Translations under genes and position numbers: made by a program | Origin: Podarcis pityusensis | Taxonomy: Eukaryota | Reading direction: 5' to 3' (one strand) | NCBI GenBank assembly: GCA_964106645.2 | Contig: OZ067039.1 | DNA length: 64,000 bases | Shown: positions 39,396 through 51,600 of the stretch, piece after piece | Layout: every line of letters begins with the position of its first letter | Numbering within the stretch: position 1 is the first letter of the stretch | Notes under the pieces: generated by a model | The model's input: the letters and a program-made list of their open reading frames with translations, nothing else | Database searches by the model: none | What the model was told of the DNA's origin: nothing

Positions 39396-41224
39396 AGCCT
39401 CATTCCTCATGTATCAATTGTGTAAGAGGAGACCGTGATCACGTAGCCTCCATTCAACACTTCTCAGTTTCTTCCGAAATTAAAGTATCATACATCATAA
39501 TAATTTGTGATCACCAGGATCATAAGTACTTAATTTCACTCTGGGAACTCAGAGTCAACCAAGGAAATGAATAATGAATAACAATAGTAATTATGGCAAT
39601 GATCTAAAACATGTGAAAGAAAAGCCCCTAGCCCATCTCTACATAGCAAGGTACTAGAAATCTCAGACACTTGCTCTCAGGCCCCAGTCTCAGTTGTCTT
39701 TAGCTTGGAGGGAAATCGATTTATCTTTTTGAAGTAGCGTGTAATAAAATAGCATTAATGTTTATATCACCTGAACACCTCTGATGATTCTTCAGTGTCA
39801 CATCGGTGTAACATCTGAGTTGCACCTAAAGAGCTTTATTCCAGTATGGTGCCTTTCTGATCCTCCACTTAAAATAGCAGATAGACTTCAGTTCTATTCT
39901 AGGCTTTCATGACAATTCAGTCTAAGAAGTCTCCATGCCACCCTCCCACCCCCCCCCCCCGCAGTTATGAAGAAGCTCATATAATGGGGAAATCTTCCTT
40001 TTATGCACCATCAGGAAATGACAGCTGTTCAGAAAGAGAAGACAAGTTCTTCAACGGATTGGTTGTAATATGTGGTAACCAATGTAGTATTTGCTACCAT
40101 CAAACCAGAGATAGGTGCTAAAAAATATGTGTCAGAAGGGGAAATAGATAGAAGACACTGGATATACAATCTTGACTTTCTGAGCATTGCAAACAAATCT
40201 TTGACAAATTACGGTATGTGTCTTGCTTAACTCTGGGAGAAGCTATAGCAAGATGAGGTGTGAGTGGGGCATCCAAATGAGAAAGTTGCTTCACACTATG
40301 AGTTGGAGGTGGGTTTCCGGGATTACAAGCAGAGATGCCAGGGTTCTTGGAGAAGGAGAAAGTCCTGTAATTGTTTTCCTGAATCAGAAGCTGCAAACAG
40401 TTAAAAAAAAAAAAAAAGCTTTGCTATAAAATACATGCAGGCCTGCTAATCGCTGCCATCAAAATGGGTTTGGAGAGCTAGTTGTTAACATGTGGAATGC
40501 AGCATTCAGAAGAGTGTATTGCAGAGAATAAACATTTACAGAAATAATTTTATCATTTTAAGGAATGTGAGAGGAGACTATTAAGAAATTTAGTGGAGAA
40601 AAATGGGTATCTTTCATGATGTTTTCTGTTCTCTGATTCTAGGAAATTTGAGAATGAAGCAAATGGCTACTCCCAAGTCATTACAGTGCTGCTTCTCTTT
40701 AAGGGGGGAGGGTGCTCCCAGACCTTGTTATATATTCCCCCTGCCCCGCACATGTGCAGCACTTTGCATTGTACATTAATATAATTGCTGTGAGTAGCTT
40801 TGGGACTAGGTTTTGGCTGAAAAGCAGGATAATATGTGCAGGATAATAAATAAATGTGCAAATGAACAGAGAGGGCAAAATTGAATTCTGAACGAAAACA
40901 GGCTTCAGTGAACTGTGAACTACTTACCTTGCCTTTTCATTCACATTTGTGAAACAATAATGAATGACTATGACTCAGAGTATTATCCATCTCTAAGGTT
41001 TACCCTGCTGTCTTTTAGCCCATCCATTTCATTCACACTTCGTTCTGAATTGGGATCATCATGTTCCATTTTCTTACAAGTCAAGAAGGAAAGGTTAATC
41101 TGAAATCAATTTTGCCCCAGTTATCTGCAAGACTGAAAACAGAGTCAATTAGCAGGGCTTCTTGTTTCCAAGAGAAATCTGTATGTTTTAGCTCAGTCTA
41201 GGTTGTTTGCTCCTGCCTTTACAG

Positions 41225-41446
41225 GATTTGACACTAGCATATTACCAATCTGCAAGGATTCGTTGGGCTGGATGTTCAACAAACTGGATATGAACTATGA
41301 CCTTCTCCTCGATCACTCAGAGATCAATGCCATTTATCTTGATAAATATGAGCCATGCATTAAACCGCTCTTCAACTCCTGTGACTCCTTCAAAGATGGA
41401 AAGCTTTCGAACAACGAATGGTGCTATTGCTTTCAGAAGCCTGGAG
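41225..41446 (+). CDS. SPOCK1: SPOCK1 coding exon, EC domain with EF-hand pair
   Basis: Acceptor cctttacAG 41223-24, donor GTGAGT 41447; 222 nt; FDTSILPICKDSLGWMFNKLDMNYDLLLDHSEINAIYLDKYEPCIKPLFNSCDSFKDGKLSNNEWCYCFQKPG. Residues such as NKLDMNY, YEPCIKPLF and FQKPG fit SPOCK1 rather than SPOCK2/3. Confidence 0.97.
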
Positions 41447-42037
41447 GTGAGTTACTAAATTTTGTACTAGAAAATTGACTCTGTGATTGCATGTTGATAC
41501 TAAAATATTTATACAGGAAAACTAGCTCCCATGTAATATTAAACGGCAATTGCGTTATTAGGATTTGTATAAGGCACATCAACATACCTCATTTCTAATA
41601 AAGTTGGCATAGTTTTAAATTGATTAAATGAGGAGACATGCTTGATTTTCATACGGTAAACAACACTGATATTATTACCACTCCACTTACTTGTTATGTA
41701 TTGAGTGGCATTCAGCTAAGTAGCATTAGATGGCTAGAAAAGCCTGGGTGTGAAAATCCAAGCATCAAATAGACACTGACACCTAAAAGGTTGAACCTAG
41801 TGATTAGCACCTGCTTACTGAACACAGCAGGAAGCAAGTTTCTTCTCCCATATTTACAGAACTTGGCCACTGACACTTACTTAGTCCCTGCTTCTCCATA
41901 CCAGTTAGTTCCCATGGATCCAAAATACTTTCATTACTATGGCTTTCAGTGCTCTCAACCATTTCAAGATAAATTGGAGGTGGGTTAGCAGCAGATCCAG
42001 TTGTTGCCATCCCCTTATCTTCTTTAAACCCTTCTAG

Positions 42038-42238
42038 CACTGGCGGAGGAAGAGGAGTGCAGGGGGAGCCCACTGCCCCTGGCAGCGCGATCCCGATGGG
42101 ATGCCATCGTGGCTGCCCCCCAGCCTACACTGGGCTTCATGCCCCTGCAGGTGGCGCACCACAACCCCAGGACACGTGCCAGCCCTCACCCCGCCTGCTC
42201 TCCGCCCCCTGGTGCCGGAACATGAAGCTCCGCCACTA
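42038..42238. mobile_element. GC-rich hAT MITE
   Basis: TIRs cactggcggag / ctccgccacta; perfect 8-bp TSD ccttctag (42030-37, 42239-46). Confidence 0.85.
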
Positions 42239-43755
42239 CCTTCTAGGCCAACTGTATCCCATCAGCAGTGGGCCCAGAAGCAGGTGGGCTTTTGCCACCT
42301 GTGACTTGGAAATGGCTCTTCTCCAAGTGGATGGATGATGATTAATCATCATTCTATGATTAATTTACTATTATGTACTTTGCTATGGTTTCTGCAAAAC
42401 GATTGCCCTTCCCATTTCTTCTCTCCCAAAACATAACAAAACAATACCATCAGTCATTCTCCCCTTGTTCTCATTATCTCATAAAAAAATGGAATTAAAC
42501 AGAAACTGCACAAAGAAAAGAGAAAAACGCATCCGTACACAAAGTTATTTTTAGCAATATCAGCCAGATAGTCCTCACTGCCTAGAAAGACAAGTTCTTC
42601 AACATTTACTTTCCGCTTAGATTCCTATTTTTTCTTGCTTCTCTTTTTCTGTTTCTCTCTTCTCTCTTATAATTTGTTCATTCTTCTTTTCTTTCCCAAC
42701 ATTTTAGTTTTCCTTTTAGAATAAATTTCTTTCTGATCCTGGCATCCTTTAGTTTGCTTTTTCCATGTAATTCTCTCCCCTTGTCATTCTTATCTTTCCC
42801 ATTTTATTATTCTTTGTCCACAATTTTTGTTGTTGCTTCCTTTAAACATCTTCCTTAGACCCAAGCTTCCTTCCTCCTCTATTACTTACAACAGCAGACC
42901 ATGATTGTGCATAACAGAAGCTATTCAATTAAGTAGGCTTAACTCCCATTAAGATTATGTAAGTACATGATTTTATGTGAAGGCTGCAAACTTCTTGTAT
43001 TTTTAAATGCACTCTTTCGGGCACTCTCATGCCTCCTCCATATCCATCTTTGGACCTGTTGAGAGGAATAGAGATCTTCCATTGTTATATCCGGTATACA
43101 TTTTACACACAGTGTAGCAAGGTCTCGGTCTTCCTGCTCTTCTATCCCTTGTGGGTGTGGAGTAGAAGTTGGTGGTGTCATGTACGTGGCATCCATTTAA
43201 ACACGCCAAAGTCTCTGTGTCCTCTTTTCCATATATAGGCCAAGGAGTCTAGATTAGGTTCATGGCCTCCTACTTGCTGGCTAAAAAATGCCTGTGAGGT
43301 TCCTTTCACATGGTGGCCTCCTTGTTCCATTGGCTAAGGAGCAGTACGCCCCATGTGTGCTCTAGGAAATCTAGACTATGATCATGGTTTTCAATCTCAA
43401 AATTTGTTCTATTGGTATTAGCTTATTGCTTATGTCATTGCTTATAATGTGAAAATTTGTCTTTTAGTAAGCAGTAAATTAGCATCCTAGCTTTGGATCA
43501 GGCTGGAGAAGGAAAGGGAAAACTGTCGTAACAACCAAAATGGCCCCCAAACACACTTTTTAAGCAAAGCATGTTGTGAATTTTTTAATTAGCAAAGCTA
43601 ATGGCATACATTTGTTCTGCAGTACAGTACAAGCATATGCGGTTCATTCATTCCCAGGTGTGCAATAGACTACCACTGCCTGTCAATTGCAAAGCTAATC
43701 ATTAGAGAATCTGTCCCTTACCATCTGGAAACTACTCTCATGTATTTTGTTTTAG

Positions 43756-43818
43756 GTCTCCCTTGCCAGAATGAGATGAACAGAATTCAAAAGCTGGGCA
43801 AGGGGAAGAGCCTGATGG
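43756..43818 (+). CDS. SPOCK1: SPOCK1 coding exon, start of thyroglobulin type-1 domain
   Basis: Acceptor ttttgttttAG 43754-55, donor GTAAGT 43819; 63 nt; (G)LPCQNEMNRIQKLGKGKSLM(G); frame continuous with flanking exons. Confidence 0.95.
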
Positions 43819-46031
43819 GTAAGTTCAGTTACTTGCCACTCACTCATTTAAGCTGCTAATTAAAGCTTCTGTTATTACTGTGACGTTACATGCTGTAATA
43901 GGGTCCCAACTGTGTGCTTGTGCCACTTCAGGAACTCATATAAATAACAGAACATCAGCCTGTGCTAAATGTGTTCCATGACTTGGCATACTAGGTAACA
44001 TTATGCAGAACAGAGACTGTCTGTCTACTAAAATCTCAAATCAGTGCCATTAAATTGACACAACATAGATTCAGTGTAGATTTATTTCTTTATTGTTTGA
44101 CAAATCCAAAGTAAGAAATAGGCTTATTGGATCTTCCCGTCCCCTAAAGTATAAATTGCACTTTTAAATGTGCTGTAATGATACACATATTAAGGTAATT
44201 TTGGTATGTTGAGCACATAATGCCATTGGGAAGTTGAAGAATCCATCTGTTAAACTGTAGGTGTATAATACTAACAGCTTTGGACACTCTATGGACTTAA
44301 ATCTGTGAATTTCAGCGCATTTCTCTTCCACATTAAATAATTCATAATTGAAATCAAATAATACTTCCAATAATGCACAGTGAAATTAATACAAACATTA
44401 TTCTAAAGCAGCAATACTGAAATGCATACATAAATTGAAAACCATGCAAGTAGAAAAGGAAAGAAAAATCATTATGACACACAGGGCATGTGCGGAGAGG
44501 CAGCATTTGTACTTTTTAATGCCTTGAAGTATCTGCACAAATATACTTTGCCTGGGGATTCTTATTGAAGGTGAGGCAACACAGCGTGGCAGGGCAAGTT
44601 CCCCCTCCCTTCAAGAATATTATTTTCAAGTACTCCCCTCCCCCGGACACATTTGGAGGTAGTAATAACCCTGATCTGTGGACAGAAGGTAGTTTTGCTT
44701 TTATTCCGTTGTGCTCCTAAGAACAACCCGTTTACCCTTGTACTACATAGCTTAATGGACTCCTTTAAGGACTGAGTTGGTGCCATGTATATGTTCCTGC
44801 TTCCTTATATGAAAGTATTCCTCCCACAAAACAGAACTTAACAATGAAAATGGTGTAGAAAGGTATTCCATTGCTGTTACTAGGAAGCTACATTAAGCCC
44901 ATGAGGCATTCCCATTATTCATGAGATCAAATTTATTAATCCATATAGCCCAGGGGCAAACTTTCTTAATGGTCATTTGCAACAAATTGGTAGATGAGTA
45001 ACTAATGCATGCATGATGTGATACCTAAATGAACTGCAGTTATAGCTGTCATGACTTCTGCACCTGGGGCCCTCACACTACCATGAGGAAGATAACAATG
45101 AGGAGGAAATAATTTTTGCTAAGATACTCATCCCCTTCCCTTGGGCCATCCTAACCTGAGGATGTAGCTCTTCCACATTCCTTAAACCTATTCCTTCCAC
45201 AGTACAGGTCAGCACCTGCAAAATCAGACAAAATCACCACAGCCAACTCCTCAGAAAGGTGGGCCAATGGCTGTTAATGCCAGTGTACATAACGCCTCAG
45301 ATATTCTTCATCCATGTGAAATGGAGTAAAATAGCCCTTTTAATGTTATGTGTGCACATTGCAGAGATGCATTGATCTACAGTACTGGTGAAGGAAGCCT
45401 TTTATTTATTTTGAGTAGTAAATCAAGTAGTATCTCTCTAACAAAGGTACTAGGTATTTTCTCAGATATAGCCAAACCCAGTAAAAGTCTGCTCTTCTGT
45501 GCCTGTAACAGAAGCAAACAGTAGATGATGGAAACTGCTATATGAAACCCATGCTCAATATTCTTCTAACTGATCTTCAAGTAGACGTGGTTTGTTTTAA
45601 ATTTATGCAAGTACATTTGCACTGAATCCGTTGAAGCTGATGGCAGAAATATCAGCTTTCGTGAGAGAAGAACAGAGAGCCACAATGATAAACAGAACCA
45701 GTTGTTGTCACTGCACTTCTTATAAAATGAAGGCACTTTGTTGTTGTTTTTCTTTATTTCAAGATAACAATTTGAATTGCAGCCCTTTTGCACCCTCACA
45801 ATCTCTTCTAAATGCTATTTGTGTGGAAGAACCTTACTGACAAAAAAACTGATGGTGGTGGGTGGGGGGAGGGAGAGCGAGAAACAGTATGCCTGACCAT
45901 TTCAACCTGCTGTGCAAACAGTCAAAGAAAGCCCTCCTTGAACGTCAGGGCCAGACAAATGCAAGTTTATCTTCCTGCTTAGCTCTACAAGTATTTGTAT
46001 TATTGACAAGGGCACCATTTGCTATCCCTAG

Positions 46032-46169
46032 GAACTTTCATTCCACGGTGCAACGAGGAAGGATATTACAAAGCAACTCAGTGTCATGGAAGTACTGGGC
46101 AATGTTGGTGTGTTGATAAGTATGGAAATGAGATAGCTGGCTCAAGGAAGCAAGGGACTGTTAGCTGTG
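46032..46169 (+). CDS. SPOCK1: SPOCK1 coding exon, thyroglobulin type-1 domain core (CWCV motif)
   Basis: Acceptor atccctAG 46030-31, donor GTGAGT 46170; 138 nt; (G)TFIPRCNEEGYYKATQCHGSTGQCWCVDKYGNEIAGSRKQGTVSC(E). Confidence 0.96.
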
Positions 46170-46820
46170 GTGAGTAATGGCATGCTTTTCTCAGATAAAA
46201 TAAGAATGAGTGTTGTGAGAGCCCTTGCCTGCTGCTGCAAGCCTGACTATGAGTCTACAGAATGGCAAAAAGAGAAACCTATTAGCCATCATGACAAGAA
46301 TCTTCAGGCCTTCATATTTATAATACAAATGTGCTCATACAAGTAAGCTCTCTTCCTGAATAAATGTGACAATACGAAATTGGCAAAAGCATTTGATGTT
46401 TTTTTTCTCACCAGCTTACAAACTGCAGTAGTTTATACTGCTAAAAAAAATATGCTGGTTAGGAAGTTATTGCAGGCTGATCATTTAAAAATCCAAAATT
46501 TAAAAATCAACATGTTGCTCCCTGCAACAGAAAGCACAAAATTAAGGAGTCCTGTTCATCAGGGCTGCCTTTTGAAAGAAAGACTTATCTGTGATATAGA
46601 TTGCATTTTTCCCATGGAGGTTTAATCTGAACAAACAATTGCTGCTGAAATTACCCCACAAGAAGCACATGTACACATAATATAAATGTGTGCCGTATAT
46701 GGCAATCGCTACAGCTCTTTATACAGCTCTTCTAGTGGAGAAAATGAGTTTATAATGAAACACCTTGGCATAAGAATAATGTCTTTTTGGAACTTTTAAA
46801 AGCCAAGTGCTACAAACATG

Positions 46821-47180
46821 TAGGGATGGAGAATTACATTTGGTCTGCATTTCTAAGTGAACTGACCGAATTTGTACCTCCAGGAGAACTAATACACAGG
46901 TCATAATGTAATAAGACTTCAGATTTTGCAGTTCTTTGAATTTTGCAATGCCGTTCTCAGCTCAAAACAACCCAAATGGATTTTTATAATGCATATTTTT
47001 AGGTAAGTTTCTTTAGAAATGTGTACATTGAGATAATATACATATTTAAATATGAATATGGATTTTTGTACAATTTAAAAACAACAACAGCAACCCTACA
47101 GACAAATGCAGAAGCAGGATAAAATAGAATTAATGGAAACGTGGAATTGATGTGGAGTGGAAATGGGCAGATTCATCCAG
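46821..47180. mobile_element. Old hAT-like DNA transposon relic
   Basis: Begins tagggatggag, ends ggcagattcatcc, AT-rich interior; a similar right end (ggcagatttgtccacctct) lies at about 61658-61676. Confidence 0.4.
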
Positions 47181-48486
47181 TTTTGATAACCCTAATTTTG
47201 ATAGCTATAGTCTTATTTGAAGCCCTGAAGTTCCTATAAATAAAAGTTTCAGGCGTGACATTTCATCTTCAGAATTCAAGTACTGAAAATTATTCTAGTG
47301 GTATGCTCTTCCTTCCCAAAAATGCTAGAGAAAAGAAAGGTAGTAGCATTCTAACTTCCTTTTGAGAACCCTTTACACATCCAATTGTCTACAAGAGAAG
47401 GGATATATGTGTATCTGCCATGAGACTCCTTTGTACTTCAAAGAATTATGGGGCTCATTACTGAGGCAGAGCACATTTCAAAGGGCCTGAATAGTTGCTC
47501 ATGTGCCCCATAGCACATTCAGCACACCTCTACAGGTTCACAATGCTGGAGGAAATCGGCAGTGGTGGGAGCACCAAGAAACCCATTGTTTGAATGCCAA
47601 GGATCTACCAAATTTGGAAAAAAACAGTAATCTAGTAGACTCACAGGAGTATATAATGACATCAGAATAGCAAGGTGTCAGTTTCAATAGCCTTATTACG
47701 ACTTAAGTCAACATTGCACATGAAAATTTGCCACCTAATCGCCTTTGGCTGCCCAGAAAGAACATTTATTGTCGCCTATTAACAACACCAAGCCTTTTAT
47801 ATATTGTATGTGTTTGGATTATTAATGCATTTGGATGACTTTGTATGATTTTATTGTTTAAACTTATACCAATAAAGGTAAACAAACAAAAAAATCAAAA
47901 CACCGAGTTAAATGAACAAGTAAAGTGACAAGCAAATCAGTTTTGAGGCAATAGAAATGGACCTTTCCAAATGTAACCCCCTTATTTGTCTCAGCTGGCA
48001 GGACCACACCGGGCACTATGAGATTTTCTAGGCCAATTTACATTCCAACTTTTTCTGGACAATATCAGGACAGAAACAAAGATATCACTTGGTGATGTTT
48101 GTGGTGAGGTTTTTATGAGGTACGCAATTTACTGAGACCACCAACTCATTTCAGATCTCTTCGAACACTCATCAGATGGTGGTGCCTTTCAGTCACCATT
48201 GACCTGGAATGGATTTGAACCAACAATTTAGAGATGTAAGGTTCTGTCTTCAGCTATTGCTTCCTCCTGAAAACGTGTGGTTTTGTGGGTGTAGTAGAAG
48301 ACTGTATATTACTCTGAGCACTTTACTGTGTAAAAATGTTTTACTATTTATTTATTTATTTTATTTTTAGAAAGCAGACATGTTAGGGGGGAGGGATGAA
48401 TTAAATAGTTTAAATAATGAGAACATTGACATGTTTTGATAGAAAATTGGGCTTAAAGTATAACTGTGAATTCTTCCCGGTTGCAG

Positions 48487-48677
48487 AAGAGGAGCAAGAA
48501 ACCTCAGGGGATTTCGGTAGTGGTGGATCAGTGATATTATTGGATGATCTGGAAGAGGAACATGAAGCAGCAAAAAAGGACCAAGAAGGGAAACAGAAGA
48601 TCCATGTAAGAGCAGCTAATGATGATGATGAAGATGAAGATGACGACAAGGAGGATGAAATTGGCTATATATGGTAG
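48487..48677 (+). CDS. SPOCK1: SPOCK1 last coding exon, acidic C-terminus with Ser-Gly glycosaminoglycan attachment sites
   Basis: Acceptor ttgcAG 48485-86; (E)EEQETSGDFGSGGSVILLDDLEEEHEAAKKDQEGKQKIHVRAANDDDEDEDDDKEDEIGYIW then TAG at 48675-77; SGDFGSGG motif and GYIW end are typical of testican-1. Confidence 0.97.
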
Positions 48678-51600
48678 TTCCCATATCTCTGAGGACTCAT
48701 GTTTTGCACAATATCACAAGTCATTTCGTATCTCTGCAATGGTAACTGAAACATCAGGCATTGCATATGGAGCTCAATTTAAACCCGTTTGGGCATTCCA
48801 ATATGCACACAGGTATCCCTTACAATTGAGCTTCCCTTTCACTTTACTGCTGGGCGTAACTCCACAAGCACAATGGAGATGAGCATGCAGAGCTGAACCT
48901 GACATTGAAGTGAACTGGGAAGACCTTTCACATGTGGGAGCTCCTTGCACATGTGGGACTTGGCACACTCATGTGCACTGGAGCTCTTGTGGCCAGCAAA
49001 CTGCTGGACGGAAGCAATTATCTCTCCACTCAATTTAATTTAGTACACTGTGTTTAATTTGGAAGACAGCTTTCCCACCTGACTAGCTATTTTTTGGCAT
49101 AATTGTAAGCATTGTTCTATTTTACTGACATGGTGACTTTCATAGCTTAATCTGCTCATATGAGTCTTTTATAAAAATGGAATATGGAACATAGCAAGAG
49201 GGTCAGCACATCCAAGCACTGGGCTCTTCTGATGTTACCAGAACTAAAGTTTTCAATTACTTGATCTTTTTTAATTGTGCCATTTGTTGTTACTACTGTG
49301 GTTTTGCTACTTTAATGTTAAAAGCAGGTAGGGTTGGGGTTTTTTCTGTCTCGCCATCTGGAACTTGTTTGAAAATATCAAAATCGCCTTAACATTCTGA
49401 TTTGGTCACCCACTGGCTTTAAGTCAGAAATAATTCCATTTTAGTTCCTCCTCCTTTTTCTTTAACATGGTTGGCAGAACCACTGTCTTGTTTTAGCAGA
49501 ACTCAATGAAAGTTCTCCCCCGCACCCGGAGTGCAGGATAAGATCTCAGATGACTGTTTAATCAAAATTAGTTCACTTTAAGTTAAGCATCATGATCTTG
49601 ATGATTGGTATAGTATGCACACAACTTTTAGCAAAGGAAACAAGCCTGGAATGGCCTTTCAAAACATGTGGAAAAGGAATGCTTTGCAAATGCATTTCTT
49701 TACAATCGTTTTTGCAGGCTTGCAAGTCTTGGATTTTGCTTTGATCAAGTTTGCACTAATGCTATGCAAGCTGCCTCTGCTTCCTGGATAGCATACCACT
49801 GGTTTTGCTGAAAACGCTTTTTCTTCATTTACTCTAAATGAATCCTCATTTGGAAGTGCTGAAGCTGTCAGAGGCACTAACCATCAGCAGTAATAAGCTG
49901 TCTTCCCTTTATTTTAAATTGTTGATATTTATTTGCTCTGTTTTAAAAAAGAAAACATCTTTAGGCAGTTGCGTTTCTGGTTAATATCACTTCTGGTTAA
50001 TATGACATGTAATACTTACACATATGAACCAGAAGAGAATGTGATTAAAATATTCCACATAGTTATATCTCCATAGCAGCATCTCATTGTTCCCCATTGC
50101 CATTCAGTGTGGGGAAATGAATTTGCCATTGCAGACCTTTTATTATGTTAGCTGTCCACGCAAGGACAAAACATGATGAGCATCTATGATTGGTTGGGAA
50201 GGAAAAGATGGATTTGTAACAAGCCCCATCTTTTTCTCATTAAATGGAAGGAAATAAATGCCAGATAGGTCTTAAATTCTGCAAACACTAAGGACCATAC
50301 CACTTTTGTTGATCAGGGCAATTATAGTGCTGTTCTACCAGAACTGAACATGGCCTGTACACTTTAAAGAAAGCTTATATTTCTGTGAGAAAGTGCTAAT
50401 TTTTTAGTGTGAATTTCTATACAGTTTTCAGGCGGCTGCACAATGGCATCTATCCTCAGACTATTGTTTGCTATGTGTGATACTCTTGTTTGTTTATGCC
50501 TTTTGCTTCTGGTGTGATGAAGTCTGGGGTTGCTGTTTTTTAACAATTCATTTTAACACAAGGTCTGGTTTGTTAATGAACCCTTCAAAATGCCAAATGT
50601 CATGATGTTAATACTACATTTCAGTTTGTTTTAATATTCCCAACAAGTGCATCCTAAATTTACTGGCTTTGTGAAATTATAATATCCAGCTGAGAAGTTA
50701 CCTCCCAGATATACAGCCTTAGCCTGAAACCCTGAGCTCAATGGATTCCAGTAATTAAGTAAGCTGGTTGTCCTTTGACTTTTAAAGGTGCCACTGCTAC
50801 AATCCATAAATGTACATCATACACACTTAAAAACTCTGCAGTTCCACTGAAGAAAATCCACACAATTGCTTTGGCCTTTCTGTCTTCTTTAGCCATAGTG
50901 ATGCAAATTGTGTCCTGTGCTGTTGTGCTTAAAGTAGGATCCAATGCCTGGTGAATGAAGCCATTGGGCTCTGCCCTAATTGCCAGTTGACCTCTATCCC
51001 AATCCTCATTGAGGAATGCACTGTCCATTCCTTGCTATTGTAAAAGGACATAGGCTGTCATGCAAGGAAGCTGTGGATGCCCTGCTCTTCCTCAACTTTG
51101 CCCGTCTCCAAGTAAAGCCATGTAGCTATCCTTAATAGGCCAGCTACAACACATTAAGGGGTAGGGAGCAGCTGCCGGTATACGACTACTTACCATGTTC
51201 ACAAAGCACCTCAGAGTCCAGAGCTCACACTTGAAAGTAAGTTACATGAGATTAATGGGGATTAATGTTTTAAGAATATGGGTTTTCTGGGGTGCACTAG
51301 TAAGCTGTATTTGAACACTGGCTGGACTAGTATACGATAAAAGTCACCTACTGTAATACCGTCCAATTAGAAGCTGCAACATAGCTATCATTTTCACCAT
51401 ACTGCTTACCTACTTAAATTAATAAAACCTGTAGAAGTCAAATTCACTGTGGTTGCAGAGAAGTGCTATTATCTTTTATATACTTACGATAAAGTTTCCA
51501 TTTAGCCTTTGTTCTTGTTATTCACGCAGAGCAGTGTGAATGCAGCTGCTTTCTGGTGAAGTCCATCATTGCTGGGGTGTGTGTGAAGATTGAAATCACA

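Noticed and set aside
41203-41478. 91-aa ORF as a stand-alone gene
   Set aside because: It is the SPOCK1 exon 41225-41446 plus intronic read-through.
48417-48677. 86-aa ORF as a stand-alone gene
   Set aside because: Only 48487-48677 is coding (last SPOCK1 exon); the N-terminal part is intron.
49974-50005. Short tandem duplications (ttctggttaatat x2; also cactgactttatgg x2 near 17635)
   Set aside because: Ordinary slippage duplications with no further structure.
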